A stretch of DNA of 63,264 bases, counting the filler, from Octopus bimaculoides (taxonomy: Eukaryota): NCBI RefSeq assembly GCF_001194135.2. It is 6 parts of 6 records of this genome, joined end to end, with 100 filler letters (N's around TTAATTAATTAA, not from the genome) between each part and the next. Parts side by side here need not be neighbours in the genome. Positions count along the whole stretch, not along the records: positions 18,873 to 46,001 come from NC_068987.1; 5 more parts are not named here. One strand, 5' to 3'. Positions within the stretch are counted from its first letter, which is position 1, and each line of letters starts with the position of its first letter. The translations under genes were made by a program, and so were the position numbers. Positions 28,806 through 42,323 of this stretch are shown here, one piece after another. The notes under the pieces were generated by a model. The model worked only from the letters and a program-made list of their open reading frames with translations, did no database searches and was not told the DNA's origin.

Positions 28806-29070
28806 TTAGTCAACTTTATGTATTTCCACTCACAAGGCTTTGGTGCCCCAGGGCTATAGTAGACTATTGCCCAAGGTACTATGCTGTGAGACTGAACCTG
28901 GAACCATGTGGTTAGTGAGAAAACTTCTTTGTGCCTATGTTTGTGTCGTTCCTTCACTGCTTGGCAACCAGTGCTAGTCTGTTCACATTCCTGTAAGGTA
29001 TGATTTAAGGGACATTTGGTTGCTAATTCTTATAGGTTGAACAACAGCCTATAAGAATTAGCAACCAAAT

Positions 29071-29265
29071 CCGTGCGGGTGACACATAAAAGCACCCACT
29101 ACACTCTCTGAGTGGTTGGCGTTAGGAAGGGCATCCAGCTGTAGAAACTCTGCCAAATTAGATTGGAGCCTGGTGTAGCCATCCGGTTGCACCAGTCCTC
29201 AGTCAAATCGTCCAACCCATGCTAGCATGGAAAGCGGACATTAAACGATGATGATGATGATGATG
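29071..29265 (+). mobile_element. Young RTE LINE 3'-end fragment with (GAT)n tail
   Basis: Near-identical to 46193-46377; homologous to the 3' UTR of the RTE at 21839. Confidence 0.85.
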
Positions 29266-29366
29266 TCCCATTGTCGTAAAATGTAATTTTATTTGACTAC
29301 ATTCTTCTATGTTTCTTTCCTCTTTACACTATGTTCACTACATTATTATTGTCTACTGTATTTCAG

Positions 29367-29440
29367 ATGATACGATGAAAGATGAACTGGCTGGTACCAC
29401 AGCTCTTGTAGTTTTGCTGAAAAATAATAAGCTTTATTGT
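29367..29440 (+). CDS. PP2C/PPM phosphatase internal exon: (D)DTMKDELAGTTALVVLLKNNKLYC
   Basis: tttcag acceptor, gtaagt donor; contains the PP2C G(T/S)TA motif; phase 1/0. Confidence 0.93.
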
Positions 29441-30989
29441 GTAAGTAACACTAATCTTCTCTGTTTAACATAAACTGCAGGTGGTGTGGAAGAGATTGCA
29501 AAGGTCTTGGGCATTGTCATCATCCTCTAACTACCTTGTAACAACATAAGGGTGGTGTATTGATGATTTTAAATGTCTGTTAAAGTAAATTTGACATCTT
29601 GTAGCTGTCTTTGAGACTTTGGACAAATATAAACAAATGATTATATTTGTCCAAACTCTCACCCTGTTGGCTAAAAACATGAAGCTTAGCTTAAGTTAAA
29701 CCTAATTTTTTTTCTTTTTTAGGTGACACTTAAAATTCTTTATACATGCTGTTTTGTGCAATAACAATTAGAGGATCTGTTTTAATGCCTGTTGCATATG
29801 ATTTATTTATATCAGTATATACTATCTATTATTTATGATCATTATTTTTATTGTGTGCATAAGGCCAGGGGAATTGGTGGAAGTCACCACTGGTCTGTAT
29901 ACAACATTTATGTTAGCCACTTTTATAATGGCTGGCTTTGTGTTTCATTGTTTTTTTGTTGTTTTTTTTTACTTCTTCTGCTTCTGTTTTCCTATGGTGA
30001 CTTCAGTGGGATGTGTTTTTGTTACATCTGTTTTGCTTTTATCTCATCCAACCACTTAACTCTATATAGCCATTTGACCTGCTAGAAATAGTTCAGTAAT
30101 ATCCTTACCATCTTTACCAATTCCCTCTAGCCTTACACACAATAACAATGGTGATCATTAATAATGGATAGTATATATTAATATAAATAATTAATTTGCA
30201 CTAAGTATTTACAGATTATCATATTGATGGAGAGGATGAAGAGTAGTAGGTGATTGCTCAGTCTGCTGGAAATAACAACCAAATCTTCTTCAAATGACAA
30301 AGGGCTGTCTTAAATAAAGAAAGGGCATATTAGATATGCTATTCCTGCATACTTCTAAAATGATAGCATAGGAATGACTTTGATAATAGCTTAGCTCAGT
30401 TGAGCTAGAACTGGGATTAAGCAATACATTCAAATTCAGACACTCACATAGTTTATACATACACACACATGTACATGCCTGCACATAGTTTTGTGTGCGT
30501 GCAAGTGTGCACGCGCACATTTTACATATGCACACATGCACATATACACATATCTACATACACATATATACATATACACACATATACACATATACCCACA
30601 TGCACATACATGCACATATCTACATATATACACACGGTATACTTTTTACATGTTTAAGTCATTGAACTTCGCTATGCTAATGGGACCACCTTAAATCATA
30701 TCAACCTCAGTTCTTTTCATAGCAATCTCTATTTGTTGCACTGCTAGGTTACAGGGCATAAACAAAGAGACTGCCTTTTTTTCTCTTTCAAGTGTTCACA
30801 TCAAGTCAGACAGACAGACCGATACACACACACATACACACAGGTATTACCAGATTTTCTTTTGAATGTTGTACACATGAGGTACATGTATTCTCCATGT
30901 ACAACTCTGCCCTCTTCTGCTCTTTCTCACTCTTTCTCTCTTTCTTTCTCTGTCTCTTTCTCTCTCTCTCTCACTCACCTACACACACA

Positions 30990-31270
30990 CAAGTTGGACT
31001 GATGTGCATGGAGATTATGGTTCACAAAACGAGGGATTAAAGCTTTTGGAACTCTGTGATGCAAATGATCTAATCATTTGCAGCATTAATTTCAGGAAAC
31101 TGGCTAGACACCCTATCACCTAATCACATGCCATTCAGGTGAATATGCAAGCCAGATAGATATAATTTGTTATCCAGTTTAACACCACCATCTGGTTCTT
31201 GGGTGCCTTTAGCAAGGTCTCTGGTTTTAAGTCAACTGTCTCCCTTCATTCCTTCCACTAATCTTGGAAA
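30990..31270. mobile_element. Old RTE LINE fragments: APE part on +, adjoining downstream part on -
   Basis: + strand reads HGDYGSQNEGLKLLELCDANDLIICSINFRK...SQIDI; - strand reads PRTRWW-like RTE linker, also seen near 32480-32770. Confidence 0.6.
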
Positions 31271-31679
31271 CCGTGGAAAAATTAAGGTCAATGGGTGTTG
31301 CTTCTCCCTTTCTGACTATGCAGTTAAAAAATAAAACAAACATTTCCCCACCAGAAATGAGGCAAACAGGTCTGTTTGTTCATTCCCTGGTCAGTGTTAA
31401 TGGAGCAGACAGGCCTATGATCAGAGGCCATTCCAGCCATGACCATACCATTTGATATTCTGGAATACTGGATTCCAGACATTATCCAGTGTTTTTTTTT
31501 TCATAAGGCAGCAGAATTAGGTTGAGAGAGAGATTTAACTGCTATTGCTAGCAGGTTGGATAACCATGTAGAGGTTCTCTCATTTGCTTGTTATTGTTTT
31601 GGTTTTGTAATATCTTTCTTTTTTCTTTTAAGCTGGGACATAAAATGAATTCTTTCTCTGTGTTTTTTTTGTCTTTCAG

Positions 31680-31821
31680 GGTAATGTTGGTGATTCTCGT
31701 GCAGTAGCTAGTGTAGCAGGAATGGTGGAAGTATTATCGTTTGATCACAAACCAAGCAATGATAATGAAACCCGACGAATTGTTGCAGCTGGAGGTTGGG
31801 TGGAATTGAACCGAGTTAATG
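31680..31821 (+). CDS. PP2C/PPM phosphatase internal exon: GNVGDSRAVASVAGMVEVLSFDHKPSNDNETRRIVAAGGWVELNRVN
   Basis: Hallmark NxGDSR and DHKP motifs; ctttcag acceptor, gtttgt donor; phase 0/1. Confidence 0.96.
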
Positions 31822-33439
31822 GTTTGTTTATCAAGAATATTCTTTGCTTCCTTTTTTTCAATAGCTTTCCTCCAATAACTTGTTGTTTATAGACATTTGA
31901 TAGAGCTCATTGACTGATGTTCTACTACCGATATTAAGCATTACAACTTTACTTTCTTTCATTATGTATGTTTGTTATGTTCTGAGTTCAAAAATAGCAA
32001 GTTGGCAGAATTGTTAGAATTGCTGGATGAAATGTTTGACAGTATTTTCTCCAGTTTTAAGTTTTGAGTTCAAATTCTGCTGAGGTTGATTTCGCCTTTC
32101 ATCTATTCAGGATCAATGAAGTAAGTACCAACTGAGCACCATGGTCAGTGTAATCTACTTGCACCCTCATCCCCCAAATTTCTGAGTTCAAATCTCTTCT
32201 GGCATCGGAGCAATGATAAAAGCTATACTATTTAAAAATCATTTGCTGTTCACCTTTTTGGGGCTGATTGACAAAAAATGCATCAGTCCAAGGCAGTGGA
32301 TTAGCAGAATTGTTAGAGCATCAGGCAGGATACCTTGTTGTAGCTGTTCTTACTCTGTGTATTCCAAGTTCAAACCTCAATTTGTTGCTGAAAAATGGTG
32401 GTACTTTAGCCATGAGTTGCAACTGATAAATAGTATCAGCAATTTGAAAAAACCAATAGAAATGTTGTGTCTTTGGCTTGACTGGAAGGTCGACTACCAC
32501 TAGAAATCATGACTTCTATTATTTATTGGGTGGTAGGATTAATCAGTTACTCTGTTTGACACCACCACCTGGTTCTTGGGTATCTTTAACAGTATCCACA
32601 TTGTTGTCACAAGCATTTGGTTCAGGTATCTGGTCTGAGGAAGACCTTCCATCCATCTCAGAAGGGGCATGGGAGCCCATCTTCCTCTTGACTAAGAAAG
32701 TTATAGGATCAGCCGGACATCTTTATGGCAGTATTGGTAGAGTGACAGACAAAATGGCTCACAAGATTTAGTTAGATTAGTTCATGATTCAAGTTCAAAT
32801 CCTACTGAGGTTGTCTTTACTTTTTATCCTTCTTGGGTAGATAAAATAAACTTCCAGTCGAGCATTGGGGTCAGTGTATTAGACTGTCCCCCTGCCTCTT
32901 TACCTTTCAAAATTGCTAATCTTGTGACTAAATTAGAAACAATTATTGTCAAGAGTGGTTTGTGGTAGAATTGGTAGAGTGTTGCAGAGTATTTAATTAC
33001 AGCCCTTTACATACTAAGCTTGTTTTTCATGTTTTCAGGCTAACACTATAGTTACTAGTTAAATACTAAGGGTCAATTTAATGCATTAAACCATCATATG
33101 ATTTTGTGCTTGTTACAAAAACAGTTGCAGAATCTACCATTTTAGAAATGGGGACTTATTGGATAAGATAGTTTGGAGTAGATTCCTAGTGGCTTAAGCA
33201 ACCATAAGAATTAGAGATTGTAAATAATTTGAGGATTTTATCTATGCTTAGAGTGTGTAATATGGTTTCATAGGTGTATGTAGTGACTAAGTGTTACTGA
33301 AACTGTGAGGTTTGTCCCACTTTGAAAAAATAGCATGCTAATTGGCCAATGCAGCATGTTGTGAATAAGTTAGCCTTCAGCTTCAGTCTAACAATAACCA
33401 CTTCACACCATACTAGTCATTGATTTACACATGCTGGAG

Positions 33440-35290
33440 TGAACATATGTTTAGTGAACTTGATTGGTAACCTTTTGTTTGTTAAACAATGAAGGATTTG
33501 GAAAAGCAGTTTGCTTGTGTAAAATTTTGTTTCAAATTGGGAAGAACATCTATCAAAGATGATCCTGAATCTGGATGATCTTCAGTGACAACAAATAATG
33601 ATCACATTGAGAAAAGGGCATGCTAGGCTTTGTGAAAATCATCACCTAACTATCTGTGAAGTCTTTGAAGAAATAAGCATCTGAATAAACCCATGCCATA
33701 TTTTAAAAGAAAAATTTACAATGCATTGTTTGGCATTTGTATATGGTTTTCGCATAATGACCTAAAATACAATGCAACATAAAACAATGCATTGTCTTGA
33801 TGCAAATTTGTGCTGCATTTGCAGGCAGGCACTCAGCATATAAGTTAAATTTTTGCAGACCAAAATTTTGCAACCAAGAAAAGGTAGATCAACTTATACA
33901 CCTTTGGAGGACTAAAAATTGCATGTGAAATTCAGCAGGATTTGGAATGTTTGAATGTTTACATTTCAGGTCCGCCATGATGGCATATAAAATTTTAGTT
34001 ACTGTTAATTTTCTTTATACTTACTTTGTGTGTTCATATTGATGTGCAGTTGTAATTGGTGAGTGTAGACTTAAACATTGATTTTTTTTTAATTGAAAAA
34101 TCTACCTTAACTTATATGCTATGTTGATTTGTATGCTGGAAAATACAGTAAACAAAAAAGAGAACTAAATCACAGTCAGTCAGGAGCTGTTTGATCATTT
34201 GAATACAGATGAAAGTTTTTTGGAAAGTGTCATAACAAGTGATTAAATGTGGGTGTATGGTCATGAAATATGAAGCAAAAAGGCAGTCATTGCAGTGGGC
34301 TGGATCATTGTTGATGTGATTAAAGAAAAATATCTCACAGTTGCTCAGATGTGAAGGTGATGTTGATTGCTTTTCTTTTATTGGAAGAGTATCATTCATC
34401 AGATTTTTTTTCCACATGGTGCAAGCATGTCTGTGTGGTTAAGAATCTTGTTTCCTAACCATATAGTCTTGGGTTCTGTGACACCTTAGGCAAGTGTCTT
34501 CTCCTGTAGCCCTGATTTGTTCAAAGCCCTGTGAGTGATTTTGGTCAATGGAAACTGAAAGAAGCCCATATTTGTAGTATCTTTGTGTGTACCCTTGTGA
34601 AGACATCACATGGTGGTTATAAATGTGCATCCTTATCATACAAACAAGTTTGTGTGTTTCTAGTCTTCTGTGAAAAACATGTCTAGCTATGGGGAAAATA
34701 TTACAGATGAGGGTTGGCTAACAGGAAGAGCATCTAACCAGAGGATATCTGTCTCAACAAATTCTGTCTGATTCATGCAAGTATGACTAAGTGGACAATA
34801 AATGATGATGAAATGGTGATGATGGTATGATCAATAACAAGTTTTAATTGGATGTTCTAAGGTGCTGTACAGGTAGTGTGATAGAAGATACCTGAGGCAA
34901 GGGCAAACAAAGCATGGATGCTGCACCACATCGATGCATCTGCATCATGCATCACTCTCGATCTAGAACTTTTAGGTAATGAACAAGCTGACTGTCATGC
35001 CCAGCTTCCCTTCTCCCCAGATTTGGCTCCTGCAAACACTCTTTTGTTCCCAAAGTTGAAATTTACACTAAAAGATTCTCAATTAGAAATGAAAGAATAG
35101 ACAAAAAAAAAAAATTACTGGAAGAATTGTGTGCAACCTCTGAAAAGGTATTCTAGGATATATTCTTGAACTGGACAAAGCTTTGAGTCTAGTGTATCAA
35201 CAGTGAAAGGAAGTAGACAGGTCTGATTAAACTGTAAGTAAGCAGTAAATTTATTTGGTGAAAAGACTCGGTTTCTCTAAAGATAGACTT
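33440..35290 (+). mobile_element. Degenerate mariner/Tc1 transposase relic, interrupted by a SINE (34425-34830)
   Basis: Remnants RTSIKDDP, FLESVITSD*MWVYGH (ITGDETWVY-like), WMLHH, PFSPDLAP (YSPDLAP motif); many stops and frameshifts; ends approximate. Confidence 0.8.
34425..34830 (+). mobile_element. tRNA-head SINE variant with RTE-like 3' end and (GAT)n-like tail
   Basis: Family A head then gggttggctaacaggaagagcatc...catgcaagtatgactaagtggacaataaatgatgatg; related copies at 36555-36950 and 47570-47938. Confidence 0.7.
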
Positions 35291-35631
35291 CATAGATTGT
35301 CTTTTCCATTGAAAGATGTCTGCAGTGTTAGTTCATAGAAACAATACAAGTCTGGTATGAGGTTTCTAGGTTAATTGTTATTAATACCTGTGTGCAGAGG
35401 GTTAAGGAGGTAGTGGAATCAGAGTCTTTTGTGTAGTTAGAAGGTGGGTATTTGTTTGGTCAGACATAATCATACATTTACATGTATGAAGCCACATATA
35501 CACACACAGATATTCCTATGTATATATATATGTATACATATACTGATTAGAACACAGAGCGTACTGATAGATGTGTGCGTATGTGTGTGCACGCACACAT
35601 ACACACTTAAATGTCTGTCAGTGTAAATGAG

Positions 35632-35677
<46 letters not shown>

Positions 35678-36944
35678 CATGTGTATGGGGGCATCTGTGT
35701 GTGTGTATATATGAGAGAGAGATGTGTATGTATACACACAAAAAAATATGTACGTGTACATAAATACTTACATAAACACACATTGCATGCATATATATAC
35801 ACATACATAATTACATACATACATGTTCACATTCAAGTGTATGTAGCTTTATGTTTCATTGAATTATTAATAATTTCAATTCTATTTGATTGAAACTCTC
35901 TTGTTATTTGATGTTGTGTGGGATATGAAAGCAATAAATAAATAAAAATCATTAACATCAACAAGATAAAACTCTATTATTGATTGTAGCATGCATTCTG
36001 TTTAAGTTTTATTTGGTTTCTTCTTGCCAATGTTAGCAACTTGCTCTGTTCTGTGAGAGACAAGCTGAAAGATACAATCTGTTGCTCACGCAGTTGGTTG
36101 CTATGGCACTGTTTGTTCGTGAAGCATCTATCATGTTGGTTGTGGGTACTTTCTAACATGAATCTGTCGAACAGGACAGACAGATCACAATAGTGAAGCT
36201 TTAATAGTGAAGAAGTTAGTTTTTGTGTGTGTATGTCTTGTCTTGCTTTTTATATTTTTATTTTGTTTCTTCAATTTTTTTTATTTATGTATTTTATTAT
36301 TATCATTATTATTGTATTGTTGTTGTTATTAGTTCTTCAAGTTTCTATAGCAATTAAGAAAAGAAATTACACTAGCTGTTAATTACAGTCTCTGTGAAAA
36401 TATATGTATTTGTTTAGGTTTCTTCTTTTTTATTTTGTGTTTATTTTGGGGGGACATACCCGCATACACAATTGTGCATACATACACTAACGCACGCACA
36501 GTATTCTTGATGTACAACCCTTAGTTAGTTGTGAGCAATTATGTATCTTGGCACAAGTGTGGCTGTGTGGTTAAGAAACCTACTTCCTTACCATTTGGTT
36601 CCAAGTTCAGTCCCACTGTGTGGTACCTCAGGCAAGTATTTTCAACTATAGCCGCAGATGGACTAAAGCCTTGTGAGTGAATTTAGTCTGCAGAAACTGA
36701 CAGAAGCCCATTTGTTTGTATATGTGTGTGTGAAAGAGAGAGAGAGTGTGTGTTGGTATCACCCTGTCTTAACATCAGGTAATTGTTGTAAACAAGTGTC
36801 ACCATCATACAGGCAATGGACTTTGTTTCCAATCTTTTGTAAAAACATGCTCAGCCGTAGAGAACTGTTACATTACTTGGAAACAGATGAAGGAAGGGCA
36901 TCTGGCCATTGAAATTCTACCTCAACAAATTCCAGCTGACCTAT

Positions 36945-39900
36945 GCATTTCTGGGTGAGATTTTCCACCCTGCTCGTCACTTCGTCCCAGTTTTTCTCCA
37001 CCTCGAGGTCCAGACCCTGAGCAGTTTAATGGGACTGTCTGTCCAGCGCCCTACGATGCTGTTGGACGGCATGGACTTGCCTCTCCACGTGCCCAGTTGC
37101 AAGCCTACTGACTTTTCCGTGTTAATTTTCGCACCTGTCACCACTTCATACTCGTTTAGCGTCTCACCAATCAGGTCGATGTGCCTGTGGCTGGACACCA
37201 TCACGGTGACGTTGTCGGCATATGCAGACACACTCTTTCCACATCCCAGATCGTGCGGGAGACCCCTCAAAGTCTTCAACTTCTGCAGTAATGGCTCGAG
37301 AGTCAATATGTAGAGGAGGGAGGAGAGAGGGCATCCTTGGCAGACTGAACGTGAGATGTTGAACGGCTCTGAAAGGTGACCGTTCACCCGCATGACCGAG
37401 CAGATGCCGCTCTACAAAGCAGTGATCCACCCGCGGAAGACCGGACTGAAACCAGCTGCCAGGTATCGATGGTCGGCCCTATCGAAGGCTTTAGACTGAT
37501 CTAAATTGAACAAAGCCCCACCCATGCCAGCTTCGTTACCCACTCTCTCTATAATGTAGCGCATGAGATGGAGGTTATCGTGGATAGACCTGGTGGGCNN
37601 NNNNNNNNNNNNNNNNNNNNNNNNNNNNNNNNNNNNNNNNNNNNNNNNNNNNNNNNNNNNNNNNNNNNNNNNNNNNNNNNNNNNNNNNNNNNNNNNNNNN
37701 NNNNNNNNNNNNNNNNNNNNNNNNNNNNNNNNNNNNNNNNNNNNNNNNNNNNNNNNNNNNNNNNNNNNNNNNNNNNNNNNNNNNNNNNNNNNNNNNNNNN
37801 NNNNNNNNNNNNNNNNNNNNNNNNNNNNNNNNNNNNNNNNNNNNNNNNNNNNNNNNNNNNNNNNNNNNNNNNNNNNNNNNNNNNNNNNNNNNNNNNNNNN
37901 NNNNNNNNNNNNNNNNNNNNNNNNNNNNNNNNNNNNNNNNNNNNNNNNNNNNNNNNNNNNNNNNNNNNNNNNNNNNNNNNNNNNNNNNNNNNNNNNNNNN
38001 NNNNNNNNNNNNNNNNNNNNNNNNNNNNNNNNNNNNNNNNNNNNNNNNNNNNNNNNNNNNNNNNNNNNNNNNNNNNNNNNNNNNNNNTATCTGCTTCGAT
38101 TCAGAAACCTCGCGCCCATTCTGGTCCACCAAAGACCGAATGGTTGCTCTGTTGCCGCACTTCGCCTCTGCCATGCGGGTCCATCGAGCAGCCTTACTGA
38201 ATGTGCCTTAGATCTGACAACGCAGCCTTCGTGTTTGGCGTCAAAGTATTGGTCAAGGGCCAACCTGACCACCAACACGTTGGTTGCGATGCCTGTCCCA
38301 AGAGCCTCATCTAGTTTCCTAACTAAATCCCGCTCTGTTTTCTTACATTTGAAAGCTAGAGCCTTACTAAACCTAATCGATTCTGCTCTAATTGCCCTCT
38401 TCAGAGCAAATCATCAGTTGTTATTGATGATTGCCCCCGTCAATGCCCGCTTCACTAATAAACTAACCTGGTCTCTGTAGGCTTTGCATGCCGTTAAAGA
38501 CGCGTTTAGCTTCCAGTAACCAGGACCTTGTCTATGGAGCCTATCTAAGTTGACCGTACAGATCACGAATTTGTGGTCCATGTAGCTGACTATGTGGAAT
38601 TGTGGACACCCTGTGCTGTCCTTATCTGCTGGCCTACAGAAAACTCTATCTAATTACGATCTAGACGACCCGATGCGATTACTCCAAGTCCACATTGACA
38701 CATTCAGGTTATCTAGATGATACCTGTCAGGCAGCTGAAAGCATCTGAGCAGTTTAGCTAGGCTCTTGCACCCCCCTCTCCTATCAAGTGCTCCCACATC
38801 CACCCGATCGAAACGTTCGTCTAAGACAGTGTTCCAATCCCCAATTAGCACTAAAGTGCGGGACGTGCCTAAGAAAATCTCCAGATGCTTGAAATAATCC
38901 AACTACCCTGCTCCTGTCAGAGCGTAAGCAGCCAGCAGTCTGAAGGCACCACCGTCACTACCATCCACGTTCAGGACCACCAACTTACCCTCTGGATCCA
39001 GGAAGGCTGTCTTTATTTTCAAATCCAGGCCTTTCTGAAATAACACTGCAGTACCACCACCGCCTACTCCCGGCTGACACGGAGATAGAAAAATCTCGTA
39101 TCAGCCGAAAAGGGCTGCGAGTTCCCACGGTTCGGAGAGCCTGGTTTTGCTAATGGCTGCTACATCCACGCTGTAAGACCTCAAGTTGTTTAACAGGTGA
39201 CCTTGTTTATAAGGCAACCCGAGGCCTCTCACATTTATACTACCGATTCTGAGTACGACCATGTTTCAAAAAAAGAATTTATCAAGGAAGAAAGGCTCTA
39301 CTTACGGCTGTTGTCTGGTGGGATGGCTCCCTTGTGCTTCTGTGTGGGTATTTCCACCAGATTTCTAAAGAGTTTTTTGGAGAAACTTCTCCCTAGCAAC
39401 CCAACATCATCTAGAAATTTGTTTTTATTTTGTCATAGTTATCATGCGAAATTTTCAGTGTATATGTGCTGGTGGCGTGTTGTGTGTGGGTATGACAAAA
39501 TCTGAAATTTTCATGTCTGTATTGTTTCAAGTGTGTCACTAGGTGTTCATTTTTCATGTTTATTGCTGTAATGTTGATATTGGTGGTGGTGGTGTCTGTG
39601 TGTGTGGTGGTAGTAGTGGAGAAGGTGTTGCTAAGTGTTACGAGTGCATGTTGTTGTCGGGAAGCTCTACTTTCTCACGCCCCCCCCCCCGGTTTGTCAG
39701 TTGTTTCTTTATATTTCTTTCTTCTTTTCTTTCTTGGTGGCACTGTGTGCCACTCCCCTTTCTCACTATCAGTACTTGCACTATCTGAGCTGATTTGGTC
39801 AGGAAAGGGGATGTCTTTGAAGTCTGTTTCAGTAGTGTTTTGAAATGTAGTTTTATCTGATGGTTTTGTTGGTGGTGTAATCTCTGTTGAAATTGGTGTT

Positions 39901-41290
39901 GTTGTTGGTGGTGGTGGTGATGGTGTCATTGTCTTTTTTGGTGTTATTGTCCTTGGTGTTGGTGTTGGTCTGGTGATGGTTGGAGGTGGTGTCGCTTCTG
40001 GTGGTGATAGTATTGGTAGTGCGGAAGCTTTTGGCTTTTGCTTCTGCTGCATCTCCTGTTGTTGTTGCTGCTGCTGCAACTTCTTTTTCTCCACCTCCAC
40101 TCTTTCCTTGTAAATGGGGCAATCCACTTTTAAATGTTTTTTGCTGCTGCAGCGGTAGCACTTTGGCCTTCGCCCCTCTACAGCAATGTGCAGTCTATAG
40201 CCGTCCGGCAAATTTATAGAGTCGGGTATGGCATTTATGGTTTGTTGGTTGATTTGCGCAAGAAGCTGCATTCCCATATCCAACCAGTTCTGGCTGTGCA
40301 ACTTATGCACTTCCAAAGTAGTGGCAGTGTCTTCTATGTTGTAGAGGACAGCTGCTACTAGCCAGCATATGTTAAGCTCGGGCGGCACTTGGTCAGTTTT
40401 GATTTTCGTTACGCGCCGACCAGGTATGTCGGCACGAGCAGCAAATCTTCAGTTTTCACGATTGCCGTTGAATTACCTTGAATCTTCTTCATTTGGGAAG
40501 CAAATTTCTTTGGTTCCAAACCGCTTCCCTTTTATTACAAAAGATTTTTTGCCCCATATGGGCTTGAGTGCTATCTCCGACTGCTGTGGAGATGCACTTT
40601 CCATCTTCCTGTGTTTAATGTTTCAAATTTTGTATATTATTGTTCTTCTGTTTGTCTCGTTTATTAGTGTCTGTGGAGTGTTAAGGAAGACATTGTTTCC
40701 ATCCTTCCTTAACAACTCTTTTGCAGTTTTAATATCGTCCATTGTAACATTGATTTCCTCTGAGTTTTGCTTTGCTGTGGAGGCGAAACCGTTACAATGG
40801 CTTTTGTTGTTGGTCTTGGTGGTGTCGCTGGTGTTGGGTTCTTTGTTAACTGTGTTGTTGTTTTTCTCTACCTCCTTCTCCGGTGTAGGAGCAACAGTGG
40901 TGGTGAGAGCCGGGAAATGCAGGTTCAAAAGGCGGTTGAAGGAACAGCCTTCATTCACTTCAGTAGCGCTGCATGTGGTGGAACGCTGTTCAATATTATC
41001 TTCTTTGCCTTTTAAGGTGTGGAATGAGCGTCTGTAGAGGGTGTGGTGCACAAAAAAGGGAACAGCTAACTGTTCTCTTCAAAGACATTTTGGCAAAAAT
41101 TACAAGTTATTAAGTAAAAATTCAGAGTTTCAAACGAAAATTTCACCCCTAAAAGGGGAAAATTCCACCTGACTGACTAGCTCCACAAGAACCTAGTCGG
41201 CTTGGCTACACAAATATACAAAAATATTAAAAGTTTTAACAAATTTTCCAACAACTTACAGAGCTTCAAGAGACACGTCTGTCTGCTTTC
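36945..41290 (-). mobile_element. L1/Tx1-clade LINE with 5' UTR, frameshifted ORF1 (~41088-39675, CCHC knuckle) and ORF2 (from 39262; APE + RT), truncated after the RT
   Basis: ORF1 CYRCSSKKHLKVDC knuckle; ORF2 start MVVLRIGSINVRGL, LVLIGDWNTVLD, DQSKAFDRADH, RSVCQGCPLSSLLYILTLEPLL, VSAYADNVT, GAKINTEKSVGL; N gap inside. Confidence 0.9.
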
Positions 41291-41318
41291 AAAACAAGAA
41301 TAATAATAATAATAATTA

Positions 41319-41530
41319 AGGTGGCGAGCTAGCAGAATCGTTAGCACGCTGAGTGAAATGCTTTGTGATATTTCATCTGCTGCTACATTCTGAGTTGAAA
41401 TTCTGCTGAGATCAACTTTGCCTTTTATCCTTCAGGGTCAATGAATTAAGTACCAGTTGAACACTGGGGTCATTGTAATTGACACATCCCCTCCCCCAGA
41501 AAGGCTGCCTTTGTAGCAAAATTTGAACCC
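41319..41530 (+). mobile_element. SINE family B copy
   Basis: aaggtggcgagctagcagaatcgttagcacgc head plus core. Confidence 0.8.
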
Positions 41531-42323
41531 ATTATTATTCATGTGGACTAGTGGTTTGGGTGTTGCATTCATGATCACTAGATCATGGGTTTGATTCCCG
41601 GACTGAGTAGTGTGTTGTGTTCTTGAGCAAAGCACTTCATTTCATGTTGCTCTGCAATTATTTCGATATCTGGTGCGTGGCACACTTGTGCACCTGTACA
41701 GGTATTGTTGATTTGATGGAGGGAGTGAGCTAATGTAAAACACATACATTTGATTACTATAAACAAATCATTTGTACAGGTCGTTCAGCAAACACTGAAC
41801 TCTCATACGTTGTCTTTGATGGGAAACTCCATCATTATTATTATTGTAGATTGTCTAAATCATCAGGAATTTTAAAAAAATATCTAATGCGGTTCTGAAC
41901 TATAATCTCATCAGATAGGTGTTTTTAAAAAGGTTTAAGCCATACTTCTCAGCAACTTTGAGATCATTATATAAGAAAGTGCAGAGGTCTTATCCTCTGT
42001 ATCCCATATCCTTACTTCTAACCACTACAATGATTTTGACCCTGTTTATCTTGAAGAGCCAAATCCACTCTTCTGTGTATCAAATGTTTTTTTGTAGTTG
42101 TTCCACTGGGAACCGGATCATACTGTACCGTAGTTTTTTCTGGATAACATGTTCTGAATGTATGTGTGATTACCTCAAGAACTAAGAAGAAGTGTAAAAT
42201 GACTGAAGAAAGAGTCTTAATGGACACATACCAATCATTATTAAATGTTAAATTCCTGATCCATTCTTTGCTCTCTCATTTCTTACTGAGTATGTAATTA
42301 TGTCAATGGTCTTTTTATATTTC

